NCBI GenBank assembly: GCA_038087875.1
Contig: CM075997.1
Location: 1,552,001-1,616,000, forward strand
Origin: Malacoraja senta
Lineage: Eukaryota
DNA: 64,000 nt
Reading direction: 5' to 3'
Shown here: positions 36,712 through 50,937 of the stretch, in pieces
Position numbering within the stretch: position 1 is the first letter of the stretch
Layout: every line of letters starts with the position of its first letter
Made by a program: the position numbers and the translations under genes
The notes under the pieces: model-generated
Database searches by the model: none
What the model was told of the DNA's origin: nothing
The model's input: only the letters and a program-made list of their open reading frames with translations

Positions 36712-36933
36712 ACAAAATGCTGAAGTGACTCAGCGGGACATGCAGCATCTCTGGAGAAAAGGAATAGGTGACGTTTTGGGTCGAGAAGGGTCTTCTGAAG
36801 GATCTTTAGTCTGAAGAAGAGTCTCGACCTGAAACATCACCCATTCTCTCCAGAGATCTTGCCTGTCCCACTTACTCCTGCGTTTTGTGTCTATATTCAG
36901 TTTAAGCCAGCATCCGCAGTTCCTTCCTACACG
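36712..36933. mobile_element. Penelope fold-back element
   Basis: Inverted arms with an 18-bp TSD ttgggctaa(a/g)catgatag at 36694-36711 and 36934-36951. Confidence 0.85.
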
Positions 36934-37626
36934 TTGGGCTAAGCATGATAGCCAATTCTACAGACATTGCTATGGTGGGAGATTTTGACAGTAGATGTAC
37001 TACAGCAGGTAATTAAATGGAGGAGCAGCTAGAAAGTTGTATTCAGAAGAAGTTTTGTACGTGACAGACAAGACAATGGCTTTGCTTTTTCTAGCAGTAT
37101 TTGGTTGGAGTAAATTTCTTCTCCAGAACAGCAGTTAACAAATTAACAATGGGGGTAGGAATAGACAGTGATGATGAATTTGAATTAGTTATTAGCATGA
37201 CATAAATGATTTGTTTCTTGATTATTGGTGACGATGGGGAGAGTTGTTGGCAGCATGTAGTTGATAACTAGGATGTTGGGAATAGACTTGAGCAGGGGGA
37301 GGGTAGTGCAGTGGTGATAGGGATCCAGGGAAGAGAAATTTCTGGCTGCATTTAAAAGTATAAGAATAAGAAAACTATTACAACCAATGGAAAATATAGG
37401 TATAGGCAACTGTGTCAAAGGCAATAGGGAGATCAAAGAAAGAATGGCTGGTTTTCCTTGGTCAGAATTGCATGTGTCATTTGTTGGGGGGGGGGGGGGG
37501 TGCTTATGATAGAAATGGACATCTGATGTGAAGTTTCCAGTATGAAGCGCTGGCACTTTTACATGTGCTTGTTTTCCGAGTTTTTAGAATAACGTGACTG
37601 TCTAATAACTATTGAAGTTTAACTTA

Positions 37627-39279
37627 TAGTGCCCTCCATAATGTTTGGGACAAAGACCCGTCGTTTATTTATTTGCCTCTGTACTCCACAATTTGAGAAT
37701 TGTAATAGAAAAAAAATCACTTGTGGATAAAGTGCACATTGTCAGATTTTATTAAAGGGTATTTTTATGCATTTTGGTTTCACCATGTAGAAATTACAGC
37801 CGTGTTTATACACAATCCCCCCCCCCCACCCCCCATTTCAGGGCACCATAATGTTTGGGACACAGCAATGTCATGTGAATGAAAGTAGTCATGCTTAATA
37901 TTTTTTTGCATATCCATTGCATGCAATGACTGCTTGAAGTCTGCGATTCATGGACATCACCATTTGCTGTGCGTCTTCTCTGGTGATGTGGGGCCTGTAT
38001 TGCAGCCATCTTTAACTTATGCTTGTTTTGGGGGCCCTTCAGTTTTCTCTTCAGCATATAAAAGACATGCCCAATTGGGTTCAGATCGGGTGATTGACTT
38101 GGCCACTCAAGAATTGACCGTTTTTTAGCGTTGAAAAACTCCTTTGTTGCTTTAGCAGTATGTTTGGGATCATTGTCTTGCTGTAGAATGAACTGCCGGC
38201 CAATGAGTTTTGAGGCATTTGTTTGAACTTGAGCAGATAGGATGTGTCATCACACTTCAGAATTCATTATGCTACTGCCATCAGCAGTTGTGTCATCAAT
38301 GAAGATAAGTGAGCCAGTACCTTCAGCAGCCATACATGCCCAGGCCATAACACCACCATCACCGTGTTTCACAGATGAAGTGGTATTCTTTGGATCTTGG
38401 GCAGTTCCTTCTCTCCTCTATACTTTGCTCTTGCCATCACTCTGATGTAAGTTAATCTTCGTCTCATCTGTCCACAAGACCTTTTTCCAGAACTGTGGTT
38501 GCTCTTTTAAGCACTTCTTGGCAAACTGATACCCGGCCATCCTATTTTTGCAGCTAACCAGTGGTTTGCATCTTGCTGTGTAGCCTCTGTATTTCTGTTC
38601 ATGAAGTCTTCTGCGGACAGTGGTCATTGAGAAATCCACACCTGACTCCTGAAGAGTGTTTCTGATCTGTCGGACAGGTGTTTCGGGGTTTTTCTTATAG
38701 AGAGAATTCTTCTGTCATCAGCTGTGGAGGTCTTCCTTGGCCTACCTGTCTCTTTGCAATTAGTAAGCTCACCAGTGCTCTCTTTCTTCTTAATGATGTT
38801 ACAAACAGTTGATTTTGGTAATCCTAAGGTTTGGCTGATGTCTCTAACAGTTTTATTCTTGTCTCTCAGTCTCATAATGGTTTATTTGACTTTCATTGGC
38901 ACAACTTTGGTCCCCATGTTGATTAACAGCAATAAAAGTTTCCAAATGTGATGGAAAGACTAGGTGCTGAGAGCTCTCTTGTACCTGCATTAAGGAGGCA
39001 TTTAAACACCTGAGCAATTACAAAAACCTGTGAAGCCATGTGTCCCAAACATTATGGTGCCCTGAATTGGGGGGGGGGGGGGGGGGTGACTATGTATAAA
39101 CACAGCTGTAATTTCAACATGGTGAAACCAAAATGTATAAAAATACCCTTTAATATAATCTGACAATGTGCACTTTAACCACATGTGATTTAAAAAAAAA
39201 TTACAATTCTCAAATTGTGGAGTACTGTGGGAAATAAATAAATAACAGATCTTTGTCCCAAACATTATGGAGGGCACTG
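37627..39279 (-). mobile_element. Full-length Tc1-family DNA transposon, IR/DR type, inactivated
   Basis: TIRs of about 240 bp ((C/T)AGTGCCCTCCATAATGTTTGGGACAAAGA), each with an internal direct repeat ccataatgtttgggaca (37636 and 37846; inverse at 39041 and 39254). TA on the left flank. Confidence 0.93.
37895..38917 (-). pseudogene. Tc1 DD34E transposase pseudogene
   Basis: MGTKVVPMKVK*...TVRDISQTLGLPKSTV (HTH), [40 protein letters not shown] (E>G). Contains stops and frameshifts. Confidence 0.92.
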
Positions 39280-40838
39280 TGTGTTCTTGTTTTCAAAATA
39301 ATGAGCTCAAATTTAAGCCTGGCAGCATAGTTGCATGCGGTGACTGGCATATGTTTGATTGCGCGGAAGTGGTCAACTGTACCTTGAAAGTTGACCACTT
39401 TCAGTGCTTTGACAAGGAAAGTGTGATTGAAGGTGGGGCTGTAAGTTGACAGAGGAGAAATGGAAGGTTATTTTGGAGAGGGTTACTGGTAACAGGTTTA
39501 AAGGAATTGGGTTATTTTGTATCCAAGGACAGAGAACTATAAATATCTTGCATGGGAGAGGTTATGAAGGGACGTTGGGTCGTCAGTAATTTTGGTTGGA
39601 TAGGATTATATATTCTTGTGGATGAAATGGGCTCTGAGAAGATATGAGAGGAAGATGGGATAGAGATGCAAGTTCAATGTGGGGGCTGGTGGCTGGAAGG
39701 AATTTAACCTGATATGTTGGGAATGGAAGAAAGCAGCAGAGAAATCTGATTAAGGAATCTTAATTTTAGTGAGAGTAATTCATCATGAGCTCCTTACCAT
39801 TGCTGAATAGAAGGGATGGGTGAGGTTTGATGGGAGTACTGAATACTGTAATAGAAATAAGAAGCCAATGGTTATCTTTTCATTCGGGGATGAGCCTGGA
39901 ATCGTGAGGAGCTCCAGCAAATGAGAGAAAGACCCAATGTTTAATAAGGTCTGGGCAGATCTGTGAATGGATGAACATTTGTCATCTGAACCTAGCAGTC
40001 TGCATTCTTTGAAGATGAGGGTTGTGCCAGGGTGTAGTGTGTGGTTTAATGTGTACTATGGCATTGGAGGTGGGGATGAGGGTGTGGCCCAGCAGATCAT
40101 ACGCTGAATAAATGTGATAGAGAGCCAAAAGATTGTTGGGATTTTAAAAAAACGAAACGATGGATTATTTATGGATCCAAAAATAACCGGAGCTGGAAAA
40201 ATAAGTTGAAAGGAATAATATCTCAATCACATAAAGGCAACTACTTAATGGATGCAATATGACCACGTCAGAAGTAGAAGTTGTGTTGTACAGAGGCTGA
40301 AGGTGGAAGGCATGCAAGATATTTTTCATGAGAATCCGCTTGGTTTTGTGGTTGTACGGATGCAATTTGATTTTTGGGGTGAATCTGAATTAACCTGATG
40401 AATAGTGAATCTCAAAATGGGCACTGGATGGAAGGAGGCCATTGTAGCTGTGTTGTCCATACCATCTTCATGTCAGAGCAATCCACTAGACCCACCCTCT
40501 CCACAGGGGTTGGAGGCCAACAATGGATATTTTTAAGGCATAGATAGATTCTTGATTACTATGGGTGTTGGGGGTTATGGGGAGAAGACAGGAGAATAGT
40601 TAGGAGGGAGAGATAGATTAACCATGATTGAATGGCGGAGTAGACGATGGGCCAAATGGCTTAATTCTACGCGCTATTACTTATGAACTTGATATAAAAA
40701 TGTATTTAATATATGCTTTAAATACACTCCCTTTTAATGCTACGGTTGCATCTGCCTCTATTACTACCTCCGACTGTAATCCAGACTCGTACTTTCCTCG
40801 TGTCACCTTTGGCTCTTGCTAATCACTATCAATCACTA

Positions 40839-41078
40839 TCCCCACAGCTATCAGGTTATTAAACTTGGCTCGGACAAAACTCTGAACATTAATAGCCCAT
40901 TATCTGTTATTTGCACTTTATCAGTTAATTTATTCATGTGTGTATATATATTCATATAATGGTATATGGACACACTGATCTGTTCTGTAGTTATGCCTAC
41001 TATGTTCTGTTGTGCTGAAGCAAAACAAGAATTTCATTGTCCTATCAGGGACACATGACAATAAACTCTTGAATCTCA
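40839..41078 (+). mobile_element. Rex1/Babar 3'UTR copy
   Basis: Nearly identical to 3413-3650. Confidence 0.8.
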
Positions 41079-41326
41079 ATTAATGTCTTCTCGGTCACAA
41101 CCTATCTGCTCGTGGAAGCAGTGTCTCCCTGTTATCTGTCAGTGCCATTTATGATCCTGAATGCATCAATTAGATCTTGCAACCACCTCCACTCCAGCTT
41201 CTTCAGTACACATAAATAGCTAAAATCTCCTGCCTCTGGAGTCATTTGGGAATCACTATCCCATTAATTTCCCTTGGTGTGGAGCCTGAATGTCATAATC
41301 TACTTGTGGCACAACCACTATTTTGT

Positions 41327-41540
41327 GTAAAAGGGCACAAAATGCTGTAGTAACTCAGCAGGTCAGCAGCATCTCTGGAGAATATGGATTTGTGACGTTT
41401 TGGGTTGGGACCCGTCTTCAGACCAGTTTAGTCTGAAACATCACCTATCCGCATTCTCCAGAGATGTTGCCTGACCCACTGAGTTACCCCAGCATTTTGT
41501 GTCTTTTTTTGTATACCATCATCTGCGGTTCCTTGTTTCT
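41327..41540. mobile_element. Penelope fold-back element
   Basis: Inverted arms with TSD actattttgt at 41317-41326 and 41541-41550. Confidence 0.8.
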
Positions 41541-44500
41541 ACTATTTTGTAAAGTTTCGCTACGCGTATACTTGATGCAACTGCTCATGAAGACCAGTGT
41601 CATGTTAGCTTTACTTTGACATTACTTTTTTACTCGGCTTTGCTGCCTTTAAAGCATTAGGGACATATGCTCCCAGATCTGTTCTGATACCCATTTAAAA
41701 TGCTTTCTCTATAAATTATATTGACCCGTGTTCTTCCTACCTAAATGTAAATTTCACATTTCTCTCAATTAAATTCCATATGCCACTGCTTTGCCAATTC
41801 TACAGCCCATTTATATCTGCTATTACAAACCTCGCAGTTCACTGTACCTCTGTTTCGTCATCTGCAAATTTGGAGCTTGTTCCGTTTGGACGCAGACCCC
41901 CATTATTAAAATATATAAAGAAAATCAATGTTTGCAGGGCTGTTCCTAGGGGAACTCCACTGTATACTCTAGTTTGAAAACAACCTTTCACCAATTGCTC
42001 AGCTGATCATCTAATCATACTGCTGGAGCCTCTCTTCAATCCACGACTTTCAATCTTGATGATACATTAATTGTGGTACTTTTTGAAGTCCTTATACAGT
42101 ACAACAACTACATATATTATATCCCTCATCAATCCTCTTTGTTGCTTGATCAGAAATTTCTATTGTTGGTTTTACGCAAAGTCCATAACAAAACCAAACT
42201 GGCTCCTGCTAATTAATCCTCGGTTGTCCAAAAAACTGATCGTTCTGTCCTTAATTATTTCCTTGACCATTATTTTTCCCCTGTACTGTGGTTGTACTAA
42301 CTGATCTGTAAGTAGAGTTCATAACTGTGCCTTTCTGTGTGATTATTAGTGTAACATTTACAGTCTTCCAGTTCTCCCTCTACGCACACACGTCTTCTAT
42401 ATGTTTGTGAGATTGTGGAAGGGCATCTGCAATTTATTTCTTTAATTTGTTCTGTCAACAGCCCGAGATGCATTCCATATGGGCCTGACAATTTATTCAC
42501 TTTCAGCGTAGCTAGCCTTTTGGTACTTTTGTCAATTTTATCTGGATCCCATCATAATGCTCCAACATTTTTATTGGTCAAGTTCTCAGTTAGCATTTCA
42601 CCCATGCTCAGTAAATTTTGCTTAGTTGTTTTCTGATCAATGTACCTTTCAGCCCTTTTATCATATTTTTGAATCCTTTAATTTTTGCTAAATCAGGTTA
42701 TTTTATGAATGAAATTTGATACCACCAATGGACATTTGGGTGTGTCTCTGGAGAATTCTTCTAGATGGGAAAGCAGTGGAACTAACAAGAATGGTGTGGT
42801 TATTGAGAAAGAATGTTACACTGGTTGTTATGGAACTTAATCCTGAGGGTGGAGAACAGTGAAGATATTTTCAGGCTGATGCCCTGTTTTTCCTGCTCTA
42901 TACTTGGAAAGGTAAAAAACTATTGATTGTTGAAAGCAAAATTCTCAAATGTATTAACCAACATTGCTGTCACTTGGAAACCATAGTGCAACAAGTGTGT
43001 CATGGAGTGAGTGAGTTTTATTTGCATATGATGCAATTACATTTTTAAACCTCACAGTTGGGAAACACAGGAAGAAATGTTTCTCACTTGGAAGTCAGGC
43101 AGAATCTCTGGAGAAAAAGAATGGGTGACGTTTTGGGTTGGGACCCTTCTTCAGACTCAGTTCAGTTTTATCTTTCGTTTTCAGGTGATTTTCTGTAGGT
43201 CTCTTTTAAAAAAGAAAATGGAAGCTAATGGCCCTCAAGGGTTTTGTTCAAATCCTTTACTTTATAGTGTTATACATCATTTCATAGAAAGTAATCCTAA
43301 GGATGTTTACATGCTCATATTAGCTTAGAAATGTTTAACTCAATTGCTTATTTTCTTCCAGCATCTCCCATAATGTATGGCCTTTCAAAACCTGAGCTTG
43401 TTGCTCCTAGTATGTCAATCATTTATTTTGTCTTGGATCTTTTTCTCTAGCTATGGCGTTGTTCAGGTGGAGTGGCTTGGATCCATAAATTGTCTTATTA
43501 TTGGCCCTTTCCCAAAGATATGGGTTGCTTTTGGGAATTCAGGAGGAAGAAGCCATTTACGCCCTCGGGCAATGATTTCCAACTTCTTTTGAATGAAATC
43601 CCTGCTTGTTTACACATACCGGCTGCTGTTTCTTACCATCTCACAACAAAATAAATTCCAGATGCCTTTACAATAACGTCATTACGGTTTAAAAGTTGGG
43701 GCTGTTTTGTAGATTGTTAGCAGTTAAGTAGCCAAAACAGTTTGTGCGCTGAATAGGGTTTTGTGTATTTCTACTTGGCACATACTGGCAAAATGTCTGC
43801 AATCTTAAAGTTTCGTGGCACCAGTGTAATCCATGTCAACTGAAGGGTTCACAAACCCCACGTTGGGGGCTGATGTTCCAGTTTATTCTGGCATTCAGCT
43901 GTAGTAGATACCTTTTGATGACTGATCTCTGGGAACTATAATTCATACAAGAAGTAAGTTACTAATTTCTACTACCCTTTAACAATTTTTCTACGAAATA
44001 AAAATCCCTCTGGATTTTCTCTATCACAAGATTACTTGATATATCTACTTTATTTTATCCTTGATCATCTTAGAGCACCAATTAATTTATCCTACAACTA
44101 GAGGGTATAATAATGTATGCAACGTCATCAAGCAGTAAACCTTAAAGCCCTCATATCATTCTATGGAATTCGTACCGAACCCCTCCAAGGCCAGTAGGTG
44201 CATTGCATAAAACTCCAGCTGGGGTCTGACCAAGATGTACAAATATAGCATAGCTTCCTCCCTTTCTGTATTCTTGTACCCGTGAGAAGGCTAACATGCT
44301 CTTAGCCATTTGATTATTTTTTCACACCTGCTTTTAAATGATTAATACACCTGGGGACCCAAATCATTTTCTTTCTTGTGTCTGAATGGAATGCATTTCA
44401 ATTTGATTCTTTCTTTTTGGTTCCAATGTGGGTGACCTTCAGCTTCCCTGTGCAGAACTCCATCTGGTGCAGTTTCACCTATTTATTTAATAATGTTCCT

Positions 44501-47500
44501 TTGCAACTTCCTGTTCTCCAGCTAGTCGGCTGACTGTGCCTTCTAACTTAGTGCAACATTTTGAAGATATACCTTTCTATTGAACACACCAAGAACTGCA
44601 GAATGACGTAAAAAGCAGGAGTAACTCAGTGGCTCAGAGAAGGTCTTAGTTACTCCAGCTTTATGTGTCTATCTTCATTTTAAACCAGCATCTGCAGTTC
44701 CTTCCTACCAGGAACTGCAGATGCTGGTTTATTTAAACAACGACAAAAGCTGGAGTAACTTAGCAAGCCAGGCAGCATTTCTAGAGAACGGGTGACATTT
44801 TGCGTCGGGACCCTTCGTCAGACTTGATTGATGAAAGGGGGGCGAGAAAGCTAGAAGAGAGGTGGGGGCGGGATAAAGCCTGGGAAGCCCTTTTCAGTAC
44901 TTGCAATTCTATTGTTTCATTGAAACTGATGATACGTGTGGTGAATAGTTGAAATACTAGTGGATCTCTCCTTATAATATTCTACCAATTAGAGTAATTT
45001 TCTCTAGAGTAAATTAGCACTCTTAATATATTTATGGAAGCTTATACAATTTGATTTGATATCCTTACAAGATTTTAAAAGTCTGTTTTAGTTTTACTGC
45101 TAATTTATTGCTCTGCCTAGCTTTCCCAGTCATTTTTTTGTCAAAGCATTATTTGTTTTATACTATTTTTGCCTCATTTTTTTCCTGTGGCTGCTCAGCT
45201 CTTAAAATGGATCATTTACATGTATTGGTTTAGTGTTGTACTTCTTTGCTACTTTGAATTTATCCTTCAATTTGCAGCTATGAATGGTGATGTCCAGTTG
45301 ATGCGTCAATTTATCGCTTCTACTTAGTTTAATACCTTGGTTTATGGCACATGCCCCTCAAATCCAAATTCTTTAATGAAAAACTTCCATTTAAACGGTC
45401 TTTTGGATTTTTTCCTTCTCAAATACCTTGTGTAAATTTAACATTGAGACTCCATGCTGAATTCTCCAACAGGGAAAAGATCTTTTTTACATTCCCCCCA
45501 GGACCACTCAAAAGATTGCATTTTTTTACCTACTTTCTTTCAAATTCCAAGCACATTTGGTTTATGCCCTGTCCAAATCACAGCTCTAATGAGACTTGGT
45601 AACATTTTGAAGAATCTGTGTTGCTCATTTTTCAAGGTCAGTATATCCTTCCAAAACTAAATATGCAATTCTAGATAAAATCTGATCAAAGAACCATGTA
45701 CCTGAACACTTAATGATTATCTTTTCCTATTAGGAACATAGTTGCATTTGTTTTTCTTGGATCTGAAGTGGATGATCTTGCACTGTAGTCCACCTGCTGC
45801 AGTTTGATTCAATTAGTTAGTTTGTCCCCTTATAACTTAATGTTTCCATTATGTTGTGATTCTTAACTTGGGTTCATCTGAAAATGTGAATACGCATCGC
45901 TGTTCCTTTTCATGAAAAGTTGAGATACCAGGCAGGGCAAATCCCAAAGGAATGCATTTATAATATTCTTCTCAGATTTTTCTTCCCCTCTTCCTCCACT
46001 GCCCCAGATTCAACCACTCCAAATGCCAAACAGAATCCATTCTAATGATCCTTTGAATCTCCTGGCTATTTGGTATTAATCTTCTAAAATTATGTAGTAT
46101 TTCTGGGAATCCAAGTGAATGACATACACTGTCCACCATTTCCATGATCTCAAAATATATAACTAGCCCATTAAGATTTAATCTGTATTTCATATTTTAT
46201 CTTCCACATTTCAATGAAATCACTCTCTTTGCTAAAGCATTAATATTACTTGGGGATTTGGTGTCTATGGAAACATATCCAAGAGACAAATATTGGCACG
46301 TTTAATATTTTCATTTCTGACCTTGTTGTCTCACTGAGCACACCTCAAAGGCCATCTCTCTTTCTTAATAGAGGGGTATATTGGTCTTGGAGGGATTTAG
46401 TCCTAAATTCAGCAGAATTCCAAGGTTAAATTACAAAGAACAGTTGTAGGGTATGTGGTCCTAAAAAATAGACCCAGGTCCCTCAAGAGTGAAGTTGGAA
46501 ACAATTCTTGGCAGAAGAATATTGATGCCAGGTCAACAGTTGATATTAATTTTAAGATGGGTAGATGTTTAAGCAAAGATGATATGGGGTATACAGGCGG
46601 TGGAGGTAGGCCACAAATTAACCATTAATAAATGAAAGTGCAGGCTTGTGAAAATTAATGATCTACTCTGATCTGATGTTCTTAGGAAATTCATTCATTT
46701 TTAATGTTTGAATGCCTATGGTTGAGTTGGTGGTTTGTGGTCTACTGAAATGTTCATTCCCTTTCTTTTCCGTTCCAAAGTTAACATCTTTATCTTAGGA
46801 TGGAACTACTGATGTTAAAACCTTTCAGTGGGACGCTATCAAAACCATCCTGCATCTTCTCATTTATTGTGCGTAATCCATTCTGCAGCAATTTTTCCTA
46901 TTAATTTTATTATTCTCCACTTTTGAACCTGCTGCTTAGGAGATACCTTCATTCAATATATTTTTTTGGCATTATTAACTGTATTGCTTCCAAGTTGATC
47001 CATGTGTGATTAGAGGAAGGGAAATATGATGTTAAAGATTGAACCTTTATATGGAGAAATGGATATAAGAATCTTTAATATTTTATGCTGTCTTTTTGTT
47101 CGATCCCTAAACAATATATAAAAACATATAAGCTGAGAAATCTGCTCCTACCTGGTTTTCAATCCATGAGCTTAAGCAATCACTCAATGCAGAGGTGAAA
47201 AGGCATCGCTGTGCACCGGAAAAGGTTGGCTGAAACTTCTACATGATGTCTGCTACATTGCATTTCGATTTCATGTGATTTTCTTATTTAGTACCCCTTC
47301 CCATGTGCATGTCAGGCAGCAACTCAAAACTCTCACTCTGTCAAACCTACTTGTTTGTAAAGCATTTTGGGGCGCTGAGTTTGTGAATGGGTGTAGGTAA
47401 TTGCATGTTTTTTGTTTGCGGTTGCGTAAAATGTGCCTGCAAAGGTCACTAGAACGTTCAGCCCACGTATTATGGAAATAATTGCACAGCATAATGGATG

Positions 47501-47914
47501 AATCCATATTTTCATTCTCAATATTTGGTTGAATGGAGGCCTTGCTTTTGACTGTTTTTGGAAGCAAAGTGTGAGAAAGGGCATATGCCGAGGAGGAAAT
47601 ATTAAATGAGAAATGGTCAAGAGCCAAAGTAGAGTATGGCAATGACTTGTACAGCATTTGTCACATTTGGTCTGCAAAAGCTGAGAGCACTAAATATAGG
47701 AGCACCTATTCCAAGAACTACAACCATTTTGAAAGGATTCCTATATTACTATGGATCTGGATCACCTCAACTGAGGACTCTATTGCAGTAGATAATGTAC
47801 TAACTTGGTGAGGCAAATTCATAAAAGTAATCAGTCTGATGGAAAATGGAATGCTAATTAGAAAGTAACTCTTTCAAAGCGGATATTATTATTTACATAG
47901 AACAGTATAGGTAA

Positions 47915-48676
47915 AGGGCAAGGTCAAAGGACATTTATTGTCACATACACCATTTCTGGTGTAGTGAAAATTGAGTTGCCATTTGCAGCACACCAATAAA
48001 AGTAAGATGCCACATTAAGAAAGAATTTAACACCAAACATAAAAACATCCCCCCACAATGGTTCCCACTGTGAGGGAAGGCACAAAGTCCAGCCCCTTCC
48101 CCTTGTTCACCCATGGTCGGGCCTACTGAAGTCGCCGCAATGGCGGCCCGATGTTCAGGCCCTCTCGCCGGATGATGGGGCTTCGGCGTCGGGAGAACCC
48201 TCTTCAGCGGCTTGGAGCGTCTGGAACGGCCGCTTGCTGCCAGAGACCGCAGCTCCCGAAGTCCACATGCCGCGCTGGTCGGAGCTCCGACACTGGCGAT
48301 CTTGACGAGAGATCCCAGGCTCCACGGTGTTCAGATTCAGCGCCGCCCACGGCTGGACACTCCGCAATCGTCCGCTCCGCGATGGCGCCCCAGCGCTGCG
48401 CCGCCAGCGAAGCCGAAGTTCTGGCCAGTCCCGGCAGGAAACGCTGCTCCAGTCACGGTGGTAGCCGCGAGGAAGGGGCGAAGATACGGCCTGGAGAAAA
48501 TCCGCATCTCCGACCAGGTAGGGACTGAGAAGAATTGTTTTCCCCTTCCCCTCCACCCCCCACATAAAAAAGATTAGACCTCCAAATGAACTTTTAACAT
48601 ACTAAAAAATAAAAAAAAGGGTGAAAGGACGGATAGCTGCAGGCTGGGCAGCCATACTTGACGGCGCCCCCTCGGT
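47915..48676 (-). mobile_element. Apparently full-length (about 760 bp) GC-rich non-autonomous retroelement
   Basis: Minus-strand 5' end gagggggcgccgtcaagtatggctgcc, CpG-rich body and 3' tail ggtgtatgtgacaataaatgtcc. A second, related 3' fragment lies at 48700-48870. Confidence 0.6.
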
Positions 48677-50633
48677 GTACAGGCCCTTCAGCCCATTTTC
48701 AAGTTCAAGTTACATTTATTGTCACATGCACCAATTGGTACAGTGAGATTTGAGTTACCATACAGCCATACGAATAAAAAGAACACAATACACTATAGAA
48801 TTTAACATGAACATCCCCACAGAGCGGAATCAAGGTTTCCCACTGTGAGGGAAGGCAATAAAGTTCAGCCATCTGTGTGTGCTGACCACGATTCCCCTAT
48901 TCTTGGCCTATTCCTGTCTGTCTAATGGCTCTTAAAAATTGCTGTGTGCTTCCACCACTTCCCCCAGCAGGGTCTACCTGCATCTATCACTCTCTATAAA
49001 AAAAAAAAAAAAGCCATGCAAAGTTCCTTTTAAACTTTGCCCCTCTCACCTTAAATTTATGCCATCGTGTATTTGGCTGCTTCAACGTGTGAAAGATTCT
49101 CACTAGGTAAAGAAGGATCTCGATCAGAAACGTTGCCCATTTCCTTTGCTCCATAGATGCTGCCTCACCTGCTGAGTTTCTCCAGCATTTTTGTCTACCA
49201 TCACTAGGTACTATATCACTGCCTCTCATAATTTTATAGTATTCTGTCAGGTCACTCCTCAAAGCTCCAGAGAATGCAATCTACGTCTGTGACCTCTTGT
49301 AGCTAATGTTCCCTAATCCAGGCCATATCCCGATGAAGCTCTTTTGCACCCCCTCCAAAGCCTCCCATCCTTCCTGTAGCAACCAAAACTGTATATAACA
49401 CTCCAAATGTGGTTTTGCAAAGCTCCATACAACTGCAAAGGTTTTTGAGTACAGGAACAAAGGTGTCCTATGTAAGTGCAACAGGGCATTGGCGAGATCT
49501 CGACTGGGAACAAGTAGCAATGCACCATCTCCCAAGATCCTCACACCCTCGTGGCAAATCTTCTCGGATGCCTAGGAAAGTAAATACACTGATCAGGGCT
49601 CTCACTTAACTTTTTTTCTCTGTTTCCAGCCGGGCAACCTAAGTAGCTTTTTAGGTTGCCAAATGACAGTTTAGGTGGTCATTTAAGACGGTTTGGAGCC
49701 GGTTGTTGTTCCGAGTACTTGATCCAGCTGATACGTGGTATCATTGGTGAACTTATACTTGGTCACAATCATCAATGTACAGGGAGCAGAGCAAAGGACT
49801 GAGCGCACAACCGCGAGGAGAACCAGTGTTGATGGTCTTGGTGGAGGAAATGTTATGACCAATCCTAACCAATTGAGTCTGCTGGGCAGGAAATCCAGAA
49901 GCCAGTTGCAGATGGAAATTCCAAGGCCAAGAGAGATAAGCTTAATTGGTATTATAGCGTTGAAGATTGTTTAAAAATGTATACATTTCCCTATTATAAG
50001 AAATATGTTAATCCACCACCCACTTGATGACTGGGAAGTTCATTAACTCGTTTTCTTTCTTTCCTTTGTTCCTGAATATTAACTTCAATAACTGGTTTAT
50101 AGAATACTCGTTAGACAGATATGTTTTGAAAGAAGCACCATTTTCATTGTCACACAAGCAATGAATGAAAGAATGGCTTTTGGGATACAAGGTGTGGCAT
50201 TGCTCCTTGGCTTACTGTAGCCTATGGACTGCAATGGAGGGCTACCAGCCTTGATTCCTATTTCCTGTTGATTGTTAGCTATACCCTGCTGATACTGTGC
50301 TGAAATTGGCAGCTGTAGCTTTGAGCTCAAGTGTCAGTTTAGTTGGAGTTCCTATTGGTGTTCATGACCTATTTATTGGCATGGATTTAAGGTATTGAAG
50401 TTTGGGTTTGACTGTGATGCCTTCCACTTTGAGACTTGGCTGAGGCTTTTTTTAAATCTGAGCCAGGTACCAGGAATATTAGTCTTCTGACACTAGTCAT
50501 ATTTTTAGAAGCTGAGTAAAAATTGTGTCCTCTATTTCAAGCTTAATTGTACTAAAATGATAATTATTGAATAGCTCTTGTTAACTAAAACTATGGAGTG
50601 GTTAAGACTTTCAGCTTTAAATGTTATGCCTAA

Positions 50634-50937
50634 AGGGCCTGTCCCACTGTACGAGGTAATTCAAGAGTTCTCCCCTGATTCGAGCTCGAGTAATGTACGT
50701 AGGGGCTCGTACAAGTAAAAAGTAACAATTTTTTCCATCACGAGTTTTTTTTACTCGTGGACATTTTTCACAGTGTTGAAAAAACGTCACAAGTTTACCA
50801 GATTTCCTGAGTGCCTACCGTTACTCGTACGAGCCGCTACGTGACATCCACAAGCTCCTATGTACCCGCTACGTACATTACACAAGCTCGAATCAGGGAA
50901 GAACTCTTGAATTACCTCGTACAGTGGGACGGGCCCT
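50634..50937. mobile_element. PIF/Harbinger-type MITE (304 bp)
   Basis: TIR of about 53 bp, AGGGCCTGTCCCACTGTACGAGGTAATTCAAGAGTTCT..., with TAA TSD at 50631-50633 and 50938-50940. The interior shares ctcgtggacatttttca with 15340-15669. Confidence 0.88.

Noticed and set aside
48151..48577. Three overlapping GC-rich ORFs and an apparent CpG island
   Set aside because: They lie inside a repeated non-autonomous element, with no recognisable protein or promoter motif cluster.
49593..49695. Possible hAT transposon end (cagggctctcacttaac...)
   Set aside because: No matching second TIR or 8-bp TSD was found, so it was left unannotated.
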